Made by a program: the position numbers and the translations under genes
Shown here: in pieces, positions 49,310 to 60,413 of the stretch
How positions within the stretch are numbered: the first letter of the stretch is position 1
Layout: every line of letters starts with the position of its first letter
The notes under the pieces: model-generated
Told to the model about the DNA's origin: nothing
The model's database searches: none
Seen by the model: only the letters and a program-made list of their open reading frames with translations
Assembly: GCA_040756035.1 (NCBI GenBank)
Contig: JBFLZV010000003.1
Location: 11,970 to 75,969 of the forward strand
Source of the DNA: Pseudomonadota bacterium
Lineage (GTDB): Bacteria > Pseudomonadota > Gammaproteobacteria > SURF-13
Length of the DNA: 64,000 bases
Direction of reading: 5' to 3'

Positions 49310-51589
49310 TTAAAAAGTCGTACCCAGCGTAAACTGGAAACGTTGCCGGTCATCCGTTTCTTTTTCGTTCAGCGGTTCCGCGTAACTCACGCCCAGCGCG
49401 CCCAGCGGCGACAACCACACCGCGGAAATACCCGCCGAGTAGCGCAACGTGCCGGTGTCGATGTCTTCATTGGTGCCGAACACGTTGCCGATGTCCAGGA
49501 ACGTGCCGAGGCGCACGGTTTTGGTTTCTTTAACGAACGGCACCGGGAAAAACAGCTCAGCGTTCGCCACCACTCGGCGGTTGCCGCCCAGCGGGCGATC
49601 CGTGGAGACCGAGCGCGGCCCCAGCGTATTATCCTTGAATCCGCGCACCGAGCGGCTGCCGCCAGCTAAAAAGTTTTCGAAGAACGGCAGCTCGGTGGTA
49701 TCACCGTAACTGTCGCCGTAGCCCACTTCGCCGTTCAGCGACAAGGTCCAATCCTTGGCCAGCGCATAGAGCAACTGATGCCGGTAGCTGAACTTGTAAT
49801 ATTCCAGTCCGACGCCCGGCAAGGCCACGTCCGCGGCCAAGTTCTGGAATTGGCCTTCGTCCGCGAAAATGGCGCGGTTGCGCGTGTCGTGCGACCAGCC
49901 GGCGGTAAGCTTAATTGTATCAAAAGTCCGGCCGTTGGCGTTCAGGAAATTCAGATATTCGGTGGGCGTGTTGATCGTGGTTTTCAGATCGGTGTTTTCA
50001 TAACCCAGGCCGACGCGCACCGTGTCGAATTCGTTCACCGGGATGCCGTAGTTCACCGATCCGCCGAGGGCGTCGGTGGTGTAGTTGGCGATGTTGGCGT
50101 TGCCGGCGTCGGTGCTGCGCGAGAATAGATTGAAGCCGCGGCTCACGCCGTCCACGGTGTAGTAGGGGTTGGTGTAGGCGAGGTTATACAAGGTATTAAC
50201 GTCGCTGTTGTTGAACGCCGCGGTGATGCGCTTGCCGCTGCCCAGGAAGTTTTCCTGGCTGATGCTGGTGTTGAAAATGATGCCCTGCGACTGCGAGAAG
50301 CCGAGGCCGGCGAGCAGATTGCCGGATGGTTTTTCCACGACCGTGAAATTGACGTCAACCTGGTCGGTGCTGCCGGGCACGGCGGGGGTTTCCACGTTGA
50401 CGCTCTCGAAGTAGCCGAGCTTTTCCAGGCGCGTGCGTGAGCGCTTGACCTTTTCGGTGTCGATCCAGCCGCCCTCGATCTGGCGCATCTCGCGGCGCAG
50501 CACCTCGTCGCGCGTCTTGGTGTTGCCGGCCATGTTGATGCGGCGCACGTACACGCGCTTGCCGGGGTCGACGAAAAACGTCAGCGACACTTGCTTGTTC
50601 TGCTGATCGATCTCGGGGATGGTGTTGATGTTGGCGAACGCGTAGCCCTCTTGCCCCAGGCGCTCGGAAATCTTGGTGGCGGTCTCGGTGGCGGCCTTGC
50701 GCGAGAACGTCGAGCCGCTTTGCACGCTGATGAGTTTGGTCAGCTCCGGCTCCGGCACCACCAAATCGCCGGCCAGCTTGACGTCCTTGACGGTGAACTT
50801 CTCGCCTTCTGTGATGTTGATGGTGATGTAAATGTCTTTCTTGTCCGGCGTGATCGACACCTGCGTGGAGTCGATGTTGAAATTGATGTAGCCGCGATCC
50901 AAATAATAGGAGCGCAGCGTTTCCAGATCGGCGGTGAGTTTTTGCTTGGAGTATTGGTCGGCTCCGGTGTAGAACGACAGCAGCGTCGGCGTGCTGAGCT
51001 GGAATTCGTCGAGCAGGTCTTCGTCGTCGAAGGTTTGGTTGCCGACGATGTTGATCTCGCGAATGCGCGCGGCGCGGCCTTCGGAGATGTCGATGTTGAT
51101 GCCCACGCGATTACGCTCCAGCGGCGTGACGGTGGTCTGGATTTTCACCGCGTATTTACCGCGGCTGAAGTATTGGCGATTGAGTTCCTGCTCGATCTTG
51201 GCGAGCAGCGAACGGTCGAACACGCGGCCCTCCGCCAGGCCTTGATCCTTGAGCGCCTGCATCAACTGCTCGGTTTCGATGTCCTTGTTGCCGGAAATTT
51301 TCACGCTGCCGATGGCCGGGCGCTCCACCACCGTCACCACCAAGATGTCGCCCTCGCGCTCCATCTGCACATCCTTGAAAAAGCCGGTTTTGAACAGGGC
51401 GCGGATCGCCTCCGCGGAGCGCGCGTCGTCGAAGGTGTCACCGACTTTGACCGGCAGGTAACTGAACACCGTGCCGGCTGAGATGCGTTGCAAGCCTTCC
51501 ACGCGGATGTCTTTAATGACAAACGGTTCGACCGCCGGTGCTTGCGCCGCCAACACGAGCAGGAGCGCTGCTAGAAAAATTCTGTTCAT
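49310..51589 (-). CDS. bamA: outer membrane protein assembly factor BamA
   Basis: 759 aa; POTRA repeats plus C-terminal beta-barrel ending ...FQFTLGTTF. Confidence 0.95.
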   Translation of the reverse strand: MNRIFLAALLLVLAAQAPAVEPFVIKDIRVEGLQRISAGTVFSYLPVKVGDTFDDARSAEAIRALFKTGFFKDVQMEREGDILVVTVVERPAIGSVKISGNKDIETEQLMQALKDQGLAEGRVFDRSLLAKIEQELNRQYFSRGKYAVKIQTTVTPLERNRVGINIDISEGRAARIREINIVGNQTFDDEDLLDEFQLSTPTLLSFYTGADQYSKQKLTADLETLRSYYLDRGYINFNIDSTQVSITPDKKDIYITINITEGEKFTVKDVKLAGDLVVPEPELTKLISVQSGSTFSRKAATETATKISERLGQEGYAFANINTIPEIDQQNKQVSLTFFVDPGKRVYVRRINMAGNTKTRDEVLRREMRQIEGGWIDTEKVKRSRTRLEKLGYFESVNVETPAVPGSTDQVDVNFTVVEKPSGNLLAGLGFSQSQGIIFNTSISQENFLGSGKRITAAFNNSDVNTLYNLAYTNPYYTVDGVSRGFNLFSRSTDAGNANIANYTTDALGGSVNYGIPVNEFDTVRVGLGYENTDLKTTINTPTEYLNFLNANGRTFDTIKLTAGWSHDTRNRAIFADEGQFQNLAADVALPGVGLEYYKFSYRHQLLYALAKDWTLSLNGEVGYGDSYGDTTELPFFENFLAGGSRSVRGFKDNTLGPRSVSTDRPLGGNRRVVANAELFFPVPFVKETKTVRLGTFLDIGNVFGTNEDIDTGTLRYSAGISAVWLSPLGALGVSYAEPLNEKETDDRQRFQFTLGTTF

Positions 51590-51607
51590 TAATTAATCCG
51601 CGGCATA

Positions 51608-51750
51608 GTTAATTAGAAGTTGAAAAAGTCCGTCCGGGATTTTTTCAACCATACGAAGCAAAAATATCATTTTTGCTTCGTTCCATCTTTCAAGCACCTA
51701 GGTGCTTGAAAGATGGTGCGGCGCATCCCTGCGGCGCACAGGGTGTTTTC
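51608..51750. repeat. structured intergenic repeat family B copy 2. It contains the perfect 18-bp palindrome CAAGCACCTAGGTGCTTG and the terminator-like CAGGGTGTT-TTC-AACACCCTG
   Basis: Homologous to 10326-10440; lies between the rseP stop and the bamA start. Confidence 0.7.
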
Positions 51751-51760
51751 AACACCCTGC

Positions 51761-53137
51761 TTAAGAATGCGCGCCAAACAGGCGCACCAGATCATTATAA
51801 AAAGCTAAAATCGTGAGCCCCAACAACATGATAATGCCCAACTGTTGCCCGATCATCTGCGCCTTGGCCGACACCGGGCTGCCCTTCACAGCCTCTATAA
51901 GATAATACATCAGATGGCCGCCATCCAGTAGCGGCACGGGTAAAAGGTTGAGTATTCCCAGGCTGATGCTGACGATGGCGAGGAAGCGCAGGAACGGCGC
52001 CAGCCCATCGCTGGCCGAGTCGCCGGCGAATTGGGCGATGCTGATCGGCCCGCTCACGTTGTCCAGCGCGGCCTGGCCGATGACCATCTTGCCCAGCATG
52101 TTCACGGTGAGCGCCGCTACTTCCCAGCTCTGCGCAAAGGCCTGCCCCAGCGCCGCGACCGGCCCGTAACGCAGCTCGGTGAACATGGTCTCCGGTAAAG
52201 CCTGGGGAATGGCCGGAGCGGCGCCGATGCGGCCGATCACCGCGCCGTCCGGCGTGGTGTGGGGGGCGGGGCGGAGTTCCAGACCGATGGTGCGGCCGGC
52301 GCGCTCGACTTCCACCCGCATGACCTGCCCGGCATGCTCGCGCACGTAGGCCGCCCAGGCATTCCAGTCATCGAATGGCTGCCCATCGGCGGCGACTATC
52401 CTATCACCCACGGCCAGCCCGGCGCGCTCTGCCGCTCCGCCGCCCTCCAGTTGCCCGATCACCGGCGCAAGGGTCGGGCGCAGCGGACGCAACCCCAGGT
52501 TTTCCAGAACGTTGCCGCGGTCCAGCCCGGCAGGGCTATCGGCCAAGTCCAGCGTGACCGTATGTTCGACCTGCTCTTGGTCGCGCACCGTCAACGTCAC
52601 CGGCTCGCGCTCCAGCACCTTATCGATCAGGGCGAACACCGCGGCTTCCCAAGTCGGCGTGGGTTGTCGATCCACGGCCACGATCTCGTCGCCGCTACGC
52701 AGCCCCGCCTGTGCGGCGATGGAACCCTCGGTCACTTCGCCCACCAACGGCTTGAGTCCTTGCACGCCGACCACGAACATCAGCCAATAGGCGAGTATGG
52801 CGAACAGGAAATTGAACAACGGCCCGGCGAATACAATGGCGGAGCGCGCCGCCAGTTTTTGACGGTTGAAGGCGCGCGGCAGCTCGGCCTGGGGCACCGC
52901 GCCCTCCTGCTCGTCGAGCATTTTCACGTAACCGCCCAGCGGCAGCGCCGCGACGGCGTATTCGGTGTTGTCCGGCCCGGCGCGGCGCGACCACAGGATT
53001 TTGCCGAAGCCTATCGAGAAGCGCAGCACTTTCACGCCCATCTTGCGCGCCACCCAATAGTGCCCGAACTCGTGCACGGTGATAAGCAGGCCGAGCGTGA
53101 CGATAAAGAATATAATGGATTGCAGCAGACCGCTCAT
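51761..53137 (-). CDS. rseP: RIP metalloprotease RseP
   Basis: [14 protein letters not shown] zinc motif, two PDZ domains, LDGG motif. Confidence 0.95.
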   Translation of the reverse strand: MSGLLQSIIFFIVTLGLLITVHEFGHYWVARKMGVKVLRFSIGFGKILWSRRAGPDNTEYAVAALPLGGYVKMLDEQEGAVPQAELPRAFNRQKLAARSAIVFAGPLFNFLFAILAYWLMFVVGVQGLKPLVGEVTEGSIAAQAGLRSGDEIVAVDRQPTPTWEAAVFALIDKVLEREPVTLTVRDQEQVEHTVTLDLADSPAGLDRGNVLENLGLRPLRPTLAPVIGQLEGGGAAERAGLAVGDRIVAADGQPFDDWNAWAAYVREHAGQVMRVEVERAGRTIGLELRPAPHTTPDGAVIGRIGAAPAIPQALPETMFTELRYGPVAALGQAFAQSWEVAALTVNMLGKMVIGQAALDNVSGPISIAQFAGDSASDGLAPFLRFLAIVSISLGILNLLPVPLLDGGHLMYYLIEAVKGSPVSAKAQMIGQQLGIIMLLGLTILAFYNDLVRLFGAHS

Positions 53138-54339
53138 AGGCTCATTCCCGCGGCGCGCGCCGTGGCGCCCGCGCCGATCATCTCCAAGGCTGCGGTACGC
53201 GCCGCGGCGTCATCTTGCAAAATAGCATCCAGCGTATCCGCCGGGCGCGCGTCGAGGCGCGTCAGCACCGCCTCGATCACGCGCGCGATGCCGGTGAAGG
53301 CCAGGCGGCCTTCCAAAAACGCCTGCACGGCGATCTCGTTGGCGGCGTTCAATAGAGCGCTGGCGGTGCCACCGCGCCGCAGCGCCTCGAAGGCCAGGCG
53401 CAAACAGGGGAAGCGGCGCTCATCCACCGCCTCGAAATCCAGGCGCGCCACGCTCAGCAAATCCAGGCGCGGCGCGCCCGAAGCGACGCGCTGCGGCCAC
53501 GCCAAGGCGTGGGCGATGGGCGTGCGCATGTCGGGACTACCGAGCTGCGCCAGCACCGAACCGTCTTCGTATTCGACCATGGAATGCATCACGCTTTGCG
53601 GATGCAGCAGCACTTGTATGCGCTCCGGCGTGGTGTCGAACAGCCAACACGCCTCGATCACCTCCAAGCCTTTGTTCATCATGGTCGCGGAATCGACCGA
53701 GATTTTGCGCCCCATCACCCAATTGGGGTGCGCGCACGCCTGCTTGGGCGTGACGTGTTCCAGATCAGCCAGCGGCAGCGTGCGGAACGGCCCGCCCGAC
53801 GCGGTGAGTAGGATGCGCCGCACGCCGGCCTGCTGTAAATCCACGTCGGGCCTGTGCGGTAGACACTGGAATATCGCGTTGTGTTCGCTGTCGATGGGGA
53901 TCAGTTGCGCGCCGTGCGCGCGCACCTCGTCCATGAACAGCCGTCCGGCCATCACCAGCGCCTCTTTATTGGCCAGCAGCACGCGCTTACCGGCGCGCGC
54001 CGCCGCCAGTGTGGGCAGCAGTCCGGCGGCGCCGACGATGGCGGCCACCACGCAATCGGTCTGCGGCAGGGCGGCGATGGTTTGCAGCGCCTCCGCGCCG
54101 GCCAGCACTTCGATGTCCGGGTTGGCGCGCTTAAGCCGCGCGCGCAACTGTTCCGCGGCGCGCGCGTCGGCCATTACCGCGTATGCGGGCCGGTGCGCCA
54201 CGCATAGCGCAAACAGCCGCTCCACCTCGGTGTTGGCGCTCAGCGCCGTCACGCGGAAACGCTCCGGATGGCGCGCCAGCACGTCCAGCGTGCTGGCGCC
54301 GATGGAGCCGGTGGCGCCGAGAATGGTCACGCCCATCAT
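53134..54339 (-). CDS. dxr: 1-deoxy-D-xylulose 5-phosphate reductoisomerase
   Basis: [15 protein letters not shown]...LANKEALV...[10 protein letters not shown]. Confidence 0.95.
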   Translation of the reverse strand: MMGVTILGATGSIGASTLDVLARHPERFRVTALSANTEVERLFALCVAHRPAYAVMADARAAEQLRARLKRANPDIEVLAGAEALQTIAALPQTDCVVAAIVGAAGLLPTLAAARAGKRVLLANKEALVMAGRLFMDEVRAHGAQLIPIDSEHNAIFQCLPHRPDVDLQQAGVRRILLTASGGPFRTLPLADLEHVTPKQACAHPNWVMGRKISVDSATMMNKGLEVIEACWLFDTTPERIQVLLHPQSVMHSMVEYEDGSVLAQLGSPDMRTPIAHALAWPQRVASGAPRLDLLSVARLDFEAVDERRFPCLRLAFEALRRGGTASALLNAANEIAVQAFLEGRLAFTGIARVIEAVLTRLDARPADTLDAILQDDAAARTAALEMIGAGATARAAGMSL

Positions 54340-55133
54340 GCGCGTTGCCCCAGCAGCAGCAATCCCGCCAGAAACACCGGCGCGGCGGCGGTAAGGCTGT
54401 CGATGCGGTCCAAAATGCCGCCGTGCCCCGGCAGCAGGTGGCCACTATCCTTCACCCCGGCGTGGCGCTTGAACATACTTTTGAACAAATCTCCGATGAC
54501 GGAAACGAGCAGAGTCAACAGACACAGCAGCGCGAACATCCACGGAGGGCTATGCGGCGCCAGCCACGGCTGCACCGCCAGCGCGTAGATCACTACTGCA
54601 ACCACCGCGCCGTATACGCCCTCCCAGGTCTTGCCCGGGCTGATCCGCGCCGCGAGCTTGGTCTTACCCCAGCGGCGCCCCGCGAAATACGCGGCGCTGT
54701 CGCCCAGCCAGATAAAGCTGAGCAAAAAGAGCACCATGTAAGGCGTCATCATATCACGCATCGCCAGCAACGCGACCCACGAGGGAACCAAAACCAATAG
54801 CCCCAGCAGCGCCGCCACGGCGGGCGCGCTCCACACGCTTTTACCGAAGGGAAAGCCGATCACCCACGCCGCGGCCAACGCCCAGCCAAGCAAGGCGGGT
54901 GCAACAATCCACAAGATGGGTGCGTGATACACACCGACTAAAATCGCACACAGGAACACGACGTACGCCGCGCGCAACGGCGCGCTCCACTTCAGCAAAC
55001 CCGCCCACTCCCACGCGGCGAGCGCGACCACCAGACCCACTGCCAGCGCGAAATAAGTATCGGGCAGCAACAACACGCCCAACACCACCAGCGGGATCAG
55101 CAGCGCGGCGGTGAGCAGGCGTTGCTTAAGCAC
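54336..55133 (-). CDS. cdsA: phosphatidate cytidylyltransferase
   Basis: 265 aa polytopic membrane protein; CTP-transferase signature SxxKRxxxxKDxxxxxPGHGGxxDRxD ([27 protein letters not shown]) near the C-terminus. Confidence 0.9.
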   Translation of the reverse strand: MLKQRLLTAALLIPLVVLGVLLLPDTYFALAVGLVVALAAWEWAGLLKWSAPLRAAYVVFLCAILVGVYHAPILWIVAPALLGWALAAAWVIGFPFGKSVWSAPAVAALLGLLVLVPSWVALLAMRDMMTPYMVLFLLSFIWLGDSAAYFAGRRWGKTKLAARISPGKTWEGVYGAVVAVVIYALAVQPWLAPHSPPWMFALLCLLTLLVSVIGDLFKSMFKRHAGVKDSGHLLPGHGGILDRIDSLTAAAPVFLAGLLLLGQRA

Positions 55134-55893
55134 CTTTTAGAGGTTCCGCGAGTTGCTCGATTTGTTCGCCGGTGTAGCCGAAACGGCGTTGACGCCGCGC
55201 GAAATCGGCGAGCGCCGCGTCCAGGGCCGCCGCATCGAAGTCCGGCCACAGCACGTCGGTGAAATAGAGTTCGGTATAGGCCAATTGCCACAACAGGAAA
55301 TTACTGATGCGCCGTTCGCCGCCGGTGCGGATGAACAGATCGGGCTCGGGCAAATCCGGCGCGGAAAGGTGTGACGCGAGGGTGGAGGCGTCGACGTCGG
55401 CGGCGCGCAATGTCCCCTGCTCCACCCGCTCGGCCAGCGTGCGCGCGGCCTGCGCGATGTCCCAGCGCCCGCCGTAATTGGCGGCGACGGCGAGTTGAAT
55501 GCCGGTGTTGGCATGCGTCAACGCCTCGGCGCGCGCCATGTACTGTTGCAGCGTGGCGGAAAACGCGGCGCGCGCGCCGATGAAACGCAGCCGCACGTTA
55601 TTCCGGTGCAGCTCGTCGATTTGATCTTGCAGGGCGTTGAGGAACAACTCCAGCAGCGGCCCGACCTCGGTGGGCGGACGCCGCCAGTTTTCGCTGCTGA
55701 ACGCGAACAGCGTAAGCGCCGCCACGCCGCGCTCGCCGCACGCCTGCACCGCCGCGCGCGCCGCCTGCATACCGGCCTTGTGCCCGGCGATGCGCGGCAG
55801 ACCGCGCCGCTTGGCCCAGCGCCCGTTGCCGTCCATGACGATGGCAACATGCCTGGGAAGAGCACCGTTGGCAGATTTAAGTGTATGGTCCAT
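55126..55893 (-). CDS. uppS: undecaprenyl diphosphate synthase
   Basis: HVAIVMDGNGRWA...LTLFAFSSENWRRP. Confidence 0.95.
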   Translation of the reverse strand: MDHTLKSANGALPRHVAIVMDGNGRWAKRRGLPRIAGHKAGMQAARAAVQACGERGVAALTLFAFSSENWRRPPTEVGPLLELFLNALQDQIDELHRNNVRLRFIGARAAFSATLQQYMARAEALTHANTGIQLAVAANYGGRWDIAQAARTLAERVEQGTLRAADVDASTLASHLSAPDLPEPDLFIRTGGERRISNFLLWQLAYTELYFTDVLWPDFDAAALDAALADFARRQRRFGYTGEQIEQLAEPLKGA

Positions 55894-55902
55894 TATTTAT
55901 CA

Positions 55903-55990
55903 GGGTAAAGGGAAAAGATACAAGGGAAAAGGAGGAAGGCAGGGGAGGTGCTTTTCCCTTTTCCCTTTTCCCTTTTCCCTTTTCCCTTGA
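55903..55990. repeat. GA/CT-rich hairpin (family C) with a (CTTTTCC)x5 tandem heptamer in the uppS-frr spacer
   Basis: AAGGGAAAAGGAGGAAGGCAGGGGAGG ... CTTTTCCCTTTTCCCTTTTCCCTTTTCCCTTTTCCCTT. Confidence 0.7.
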
Positions 55991-56002
55991 CTCTGCTTTA
56001 TA

Positions 56003-56560
56003 TCATACCTCCATCAACTCCCTCTCCTTGGCCTCCAGCAGCTTGTCTATTTCGGCGATGTATTTATCCGTCAGCTTTTGAATGTCGTCTTGTGCGCGGC
56101 GTTCGTCGTCCTCGGAGATTTTTTTCTCCTTGAGCAGCGCTTTCAATTCGTTGTTCGCGTCGCGGCGGATATTACGCACCGCCACGCGCCCACCCTCCGC
56201 CTCGTGACGCACCACTTTAATCATGTCGCGGCGGCGCTCTTCGGTGAGCGGCGGCAGCGGGATGCGGATCACCGTGCCGGCGGTGTTCGGGTTGAGGCCG
56301 AGGTCGGAGGTGAGTATGGCCTTTTCTATCGCCTGCACCATGTTTTTATCCCACGGCGTGACCGTGAGCATACGCGCGTCGGCGACCGTGACGTTGGCGA
56401 CTTGGCTGAGCGGCACGTCGCTGCCGTAATAGGACACCGTGATGTGATCGAGCAAACTGGTGTGCGCGCGCCCGGTGCGCAGCTTGACGAATTCCTGCTT
56501 CAGGGATTCCAGGCTCTTCTGCATGCGCGCCGTGGCGTTTTTCTTGATGTCGTTAATCAT
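56003..56560 (-). CDS. frr: ribosome recycling factor
   Basis: 185 aa; [16 protein letters not shown]... Confidence 0.95.
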   Translation of the reverse strand: MINDIKKNATARMQKSLESLKQEFVKLRTGRAHTSLLDHITVSYYGSDVPLSQVANVTVADARMLTVTPWDKNMVQAIEKAILTSDLGLNPNTAGTVIRIPLPPLTEERRRDMIKVVRHEAEGGRVAVRNIRRDANNELKALLKEKKISEDDERRAQDDIQKLTDKYIAEIDKLLEAKERELMEV

Positions 56561-56642
56561 GCGGCCTCCTAAAACGGTGATGAGTAAACGGTGATGAGTG
56601 AACGGTAAAACCCATTACTCATTACCCATCACTCATCACCCA

Positions 56643-57380
56643 TTACTTGTTACTTACCAGCGTCCCCTCGTCCTCGCCCATCACGATGCGTTTGAGCGCG
56701 CCGGGTTTGTTCATGTTGAACACGCGCAGCGGCATGTGGTGATCGCGGCACAGGGCGATGGCGGCGGTGTCCATGACTTCCAGTTTGCGATCCAGCACTT
56801 CGTCATAAGTCAGACGCGAATAATAGCGCGCGTCGGCGTGCTTCATCGGGTCCGCGGAGTAAACGCCGTCCACCTTGGTGGCCTTGAGCACCAGTTGCGC
56901 GCCGAGTTCGATGCCGCGCAGGCTGGCCGCCGAGTCGGTGGTGAAAAACGGATTGCCGGTGCCCGCCGCGAGTATCACCAAGCGCCCTTTTTCCAAGTGG
57001 CGCACCGCGCGCCGGCGGATGTAGTCTTCGCAGATTTGATTGATCTTGAGCGCCGACATCACGCGCACCTGCACGCCCAAACGCTCCAGCGCATCTTGCA
57101 TGGCGAGCGCGTTCATCACCGTCGCCAGCATGCCCATTTGGTCGCCGGTGACGCGGTCGATGCCGTTGGAGGCGAGGCCCGCGCCGCGAAAGATGTTGCC
57201 GCCGCCCACCACCACCGCCACCTGCACGCCGAGGTTGACCAGTTCGCACACTTCCTTGGCCACGCGCGCGAGCACGGCGGGGTCGATGCCGTAGTCGGTC
57301 TGCCCCATGAGCGCCTCGCCGGAGAGCTTTAATAAGATACGCGTGTAAACCGGTTTATCTTTAGAATTTTTCGCAGTCAT
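56643..57380 (-). CDS. pyrH: UMP kinase
   Basis: [10 protein letters not shown]...[11 protein letters not shown]. Confidence 0.95.
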   Translation of the reverse strand: MTAKNSKDKPVYTRILLKLSGEALMGQTDYGIDPAVLARVAKEVCELVNLGVQVAVVVGGGNIFRGAGLASNGIDRVTGDQMGMLATVMNALAMQDALERLGVQVRVMSALKINQICEDYIRRRAVRHLEKGRLVILAAGTGNPFFTTDSAASLRGIELGAQLVLKATKVDGVYSADPMKHADARYYSRLTYDEVLDRKLEVMDTAAIALCRDHHMPLRVFNMNKPGALKRIVMGEDEGTLVSNK

Positions 57381-57500
57381 TTTCAGGTCGCGCTTTACTC
57401 AGTAGACTTACATTGCATCTTCGCCGCCCCTGGCGCAACTTCGGTTTTCTGTTAAACCTCAGCCATACCATCCATGGTGTAGCCTGCGCCGCTTCGCGGC

Positions 57501-58385
57501 TCAGCCTCCACGCACCTGCGCCATCACCTCTTCGGCGAAATTCTCCGTCTTCTTCTCTATGCCTTCACCGACCTCGAAACGCTGGAAGCGCATCACTTTG
57601 GCTTTGGCGTCTTGCAGCAGTTTTTCCACGCTGACGTCGGGATTTTTCACGAACGGCTGGCCCAACAGCGTGATTTCGGAGAGGAATTTTCTGATGCGCC
57701 CTTCCACCATTTTTTCGATGATGGCGGCTGGCTTGCCGCTCTCGGCGGCCTGCGCCGCGAAAATTTCCCTCTCCTTGGCGACCAATTCCGCGGGAACGTC
57801 TTGCGCGGTCACGCACACCGGCTTGCTGGCCGCCACGTGCATGGCGATATCGCGCGCCAGATTCATGTCGCCGCCTTCCAGCTCCACCAGCACGCCGATG
57901 CGGCTGCCGTGCAAATAGCTGCCGACGACGCCGCGTGTGGTTTGGAAATGCGCCAAACGGCGCACCGCGATGTTTTCGCCGATCTTCGCCACCAACGTTT
58001 GGCGCACGTGGTTGATCGACTCACCGCCGTCCTTGAGCGGCAGCGCCATGAGCGCCTCCACGTCGGTGGCACGGCTGTGCAACGCACGGTTCGCCACGTC
58101 GTGAGCGAAATTTTTGAAATCATCGCCTTTGGCGACGAAATCGGTTTCGCAGTTCACCTCGACCATGGCGGCTTGCTTGCCGTCCGCGCTCGACTGGATG
58201 ACGATCACGCCTTCCGCCGCGGTGCGTCCGGCCTTCTTGTCGGCCTTGGCCAGACCGCTCTTGCGCATGATTTCGACGGCGGCCTCGATATCGCCCTTGG
58301 CTTCGGTCAGGGCCTTCTTGCATTCCATCATGCCCGACCCGGTGCGTTCGCGCAGTTCCTTCACCAGCGCCGCTGTAATCTCCAT
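57501..58385 (-). CDS. tsf: elongation factor Ts
   Basis: [26 protein letters not shown]... Confidence 0.95.
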   Translation of the reverse strand: MEITAALVKELRERTGSGMMECKKALTEAKGDIEAAVEIMRKSGLAKADKKAGRTAAEGVIVIQSSADGKQAAMVEVNCETDFVAKGDDFKNFAHDVANRALHSRATDVEALMALPLKDGGESINHVRQTLVAKIGENIAVRRLAHFQTTRGVVGSYLHGSRIGVLVELEGGDMNLARDIAMHVAASKPVCVTAQDVPAELVAKEREIFAAQAAESGKPAAIIEKMVEGRIRKFLSEITLLGQPFVKNPDVSVEKLLQDAKAKVMRFQRFEVGEGIEKKTENFAEEVMAQVRGG

Positions 58386-58496
58386 TGATTGCTCCTCGAT
58401 CTAAATAATCAATTTCCTTCGTCCTCCCCCATTTCGGGGGAAGGGGATGGGATGGGTGCTAAGCGCGCGGCTTAACGGTCCTAATCTTCCTACTAC

Positions 58497-59381
58497 TTAC
58501 TCAGCCGCCGCCTTCTTCGGCTTTGCCGCCGCGCGCTTCTTGGTAGTCACCGCGGCGTCTTTCTTAGCGGCAGCAGGCTTTTTCGCCGCGCCGCGCGCCG
58601 GCTTGGCGGCGGCTGTTTTCTTGGTGGGCTTCTCGGCGGTCACCACGCCGCCCTCGCCGAGCTCCACGAACTCGTCCTTGGCGCCGACCAGTTGCGGCAC
58701 CGAGCCGCGCCCTTCGATCACGGCGTCGGCGGCGCCCTGCGCATAGAGCTGAATGGCGCGGATGGCGTCATCGTTGCCGGGAATCACGTAATCGATGCCG
58801 TCCGGATTGTTGTTGCTGTCGACCACACCCACCACCGGGATACCGAGCTTGCCCGCCTCGCTCACCGCGATTTTTTCATAACCCACGTCGATCACGAACA
58901 ACGCGTCGGGCAGGCCGTTCATGTCCTTGATGCCGCCCAGACTGCGCTCCAGCTTGGCCATCTCGCGCATCAGCATCAGTCCTTCCTTTTTATTCATGCG
59001 CTCCAAACTGCCGTCCTGGGCCATGGTCTCCAGCTCCTTGAGGCGTTTGATGGACTGGCGCACGGTCTTGAAATTGGTGAGCATACCACCCGTCCAACGG
59101 TGGTTGACGTAGGGCATGCCGCAGCGCTTGGCTTGTTCGGCGATAATATCCTGCGCGGCGCGCTTGGTGCCGACGAACAGGATGGTGCCTCTATTGGCCG
59201 CCAGGCTGCTGATGAAATTCATCGCCTCGGTGTAGAGAGGCAGGGTCTTTTCGAGATTGATGATGTGAATCTTGGCGCGCTGTCCGAAGATGTACGGCGC
59301 CATTTTGGGGTTCCAGTAGCGGGTCTGGTGACCGAAGTGCACGCCCGCCTCCAGCATTTGACGCATGGATATCGTTGCCAT
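58497..59381 (-). CDS. rpsB: 30S ribosomal protein S2 with Lys/Ala-rich C-terminal extension
   Basis: [27 protein letters not shown]...; start at the internal ATG 59381; ~55-aa AKKPAAAKK-type tail. Confidence 0.92.
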   Translation of the reverse strand: MATISMRQMLEAGVHFGHQTRYWNPKMAPYIFGQRAKIHIINLEKTLPLYTEAMNFISSLAANRGTILFVGTKRAAQDIIAEQAKRCGMPYVNHRWTGGMLTNFKTVRQSIKRLKELETMAQDGSLERMNKKEGLMLMREMAKLERSLGGIKDMNGLPDALFVIDVGYEKIAVSEAGKLGIPVVGVVDSNNNPDGIDYVIPGNDDAIRAIQLYAQGAADAVIEGRGSVPQLVGAKDEFVELGEGGVVTAEKPTKKTAAAKPARGAAKKPAAAKKDAAVTTKKRAAAKPKKAAAE

Positions 59382-59645
59382 TTCTATACTCCAATAGTGG
59401 GTTGAGCCTCCATACACCTTCTGTATCTACTACCCAGCTTATGGCAAGATGGGCACCCCGATACTCATAAATGGTGTATGTGTGTAGTGGCGGTAATGGG
59501 TGATGGGCTTTGTTTACCCCCATCATGAACTCCCACCCCCGCTAATTGCTTATTCAGCGCGCGCTTTATACCATAAATAGCCCTCCCCCGGCAATCGCCA
59601 ACCTTTATAATAAGCTTCACAAACCCCACGGCTAGCCTTATATAT

Positions 59646-60413
59646 ATGAGCGTCACCATTAAAACCCCTGACGAGATCGCCAAAATGCGCGTGGCCGGGC
59701 GCCTGGCCGCCGATGTGCTGCACATGATCCGCCCGCACGTGCGCGCCGGGGTGACTACCGGCGAACTAGACCGCATCTGCCATGACTATATCGTCAACGT
59801 ACAGCAGGCCGTGCCCGCGCCGCTCAACTATCACGGCTTCCCCAAATCCATCTGCACCTCGGTGAATCATCAGGTGTGCCACGGCATCCCCGGCGAGCGT
59901 GTGCTGAAGGACGGCGACATCATCAATATCGACGTGACGGTCATCAAGGACGACTTCCACGGCGACACCAGCAAAATGTTTTTCGTCGGCGAGCCCTCGG
60001 TAATCGCCAAGCGCGTGACGCGCGTGAGCTACGAATGCATGCGCATCGGCATCGAAATGGTCAAGCCAGGCGTGCGCCTGGGCGACATCGGCCACGCCAT
60101 CCAACGTCATGCCGAGTCCAACAACTGCTCGGTGGTGCGCGAATACTGCGGGCACGGCATCGGGCGCGTGTTTCATGAGGAGCCGCAAATCCTCCACTAC
60201 GGCACGCCCGGCACCGGCATGGCACTGGAAGCCGGCATGACCTTCACCATCGAACCGATGATCAACGCCGGCAAGCGCCACGTGAAACTGCTGCCGGATA
60301 AATGGACGGTGGTCACCAAGGATCACAGCCTATCCGCGCAATGGGAACACACTATATTAGTCACCGATACGGGCTTCGAGGTGCTGACCAAGCGCCCGGA
60401 GGATGACATTTGA
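59646..60413 (+). CDS. map: type I methionine aminopeptidase
   Basis: 255 aa; metal ligands D(97)/D(108) (DGDIINIDVT), H(171) (CGHGIG), E(204), E(235). Confidence 0.95.
   Translation: MSVTIKTPDEIAKMRVAGRLAADVLHMIRPHVRAGVTTGELDRICHDYIVNVQQAVPAPLNYHGFPKSICTSVNHQVCHGIPGERVLKDGDIINIDVTVIKDDFHGDTSKMFFVGEPSVIAKRVTRVSYECMRIGIEMVKPGVRLGDIGHAIQRHAESNNCSVVREYCGHGIGRVFHEEPQILHYGTPGTGMALEAGMTFTIEPMINAGKRHVKLLPDKWTVVTKDHSLSAQWEHTILVTDTGFEVLTKRPEDDI

Noticed and set aside
52259-54394. 711-aa plus-strand ORF antisense to rseP/dxr, and a 364-aa ORF antisense to dnaE (41467..42561)
   Set aside because: Low-complexity translations. The opposite strand encodes highly conserved essential proteins.
55957-55991. 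(CTTTTCC)x5 tandem array considered as a CRISPR or minisatellite
   Set aside because: The unit is 7 bp with no spacers, so it is a simple microsatellite within a hairpin repeat. No CRISPR arrays were found in the window.
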